From the human T2T-CHM13v2.0 reference genome, Homo sapiens: a stretch of 64,000 bases of DNA. The notes under the pieces are model-generated. The model saw only the letters and a program-made list of their open reading frames with translations. It made no database searches and was not told where the DNA came from. The number at the start of each line of letters is the position of its first letter. The first letter of the stretch is position 1. The stretch lies in assembly GCF_009914755.1 (NCBI RefSeq), contig NC_060936.1; one strand, 5' to 3'. Made by a program: the position numbers and the translations under genes. Below, piece by piece: positions 62,760 to 64,000 of the stretch.

Positions 62760-63127
62760 ACAGAGAGCAAAGAACGCAAATAAAAGATGGCCAAAACACT
62801 TAAAATGAAATGTTCAGAGAACTGCAAAGTAAAACAAGATACCATGTCTAATTAATCAAACTGGCAAAGGCTTTAAAAACATTAATTCACTCAGTAACGG
62901 TTAGCTTACAGAGAAAGGTAGACACATATACTATCAGTGGAAAAGGTAACTGATAAAACTTTTTCAGAAGATATATGTCTCAAACGCCTTTAAAAACCAT
63001 ATACCCTTTGGCCCAATAATTCCACTTCTAGCAATTTATCCTAAGGAAATAATCAGAGATGGACACAAATATTTATGCACAGGATGTTCAACACAGTGTT
63101 ATTTGTAACAGCAAAAAAAAGATTTTA
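62760..63127 (+). mobile_element. Old L1 (L1M) 3' fragment
   Basis: 'ccaataattccacttctagcaatttatcctaaggaaataatc...gatgttca...ttatttgtaacagcaaaa'. Confidence 0.8.

Positions 63128-64000
<873 letters not shown>

Overview
Human (primate) genomic DNA containing two convergent protein-coding genes, recognised by conceptual splicing and translation. On the + strand are the last 10 coding exons of PRPF40B (FF-domain U1-associated splicing factor, HYPC; 479-7201, 373 aa plus stop). On the - strand is FMNL3 (formin-like 3), exons 2 to last (31566 down to 8824), covering GBD/FH3, FH1, FH2 and WH2/DAD. Every exon phase reconciles: 985 aa plus stop are encoded in the window, and exon 1 lies beyond the right edge. 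Positions 31567-64000 are FMNL3 intron 1, with a repeat-poor, motif-rich segment (~33-38.7 kb) followed by a dense field of Alu, MIR, L2, L1, MLT and MER elements. Most ORF-track entries are antisense shadows, Alu ORFs or intron read-through. I find no convincingly new gene system. The most notable signals are: (1) a tail-to-tail formin / formin-binding-protein gene pair with no canonical poly(A) signal between them; (2) an alternative stop-containing exon that switches the DAD tail, followed by four RBFOX sites; (3) an 'echo' of the exon 6 end with a consensus donor, plus candidate poison exons; (4) a GC-AG intron carrying a perfect 52-bp duplication; (5) perfect hairpins; (6) a stacked SOX/GATA/FOX/CRE motif cluster; (7) nested transposons. 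Repeat boundaries are approximate and subfamily calls are by eye. FMNL3 exon numbers are my own, with the first exon in the window taken as exon 2.
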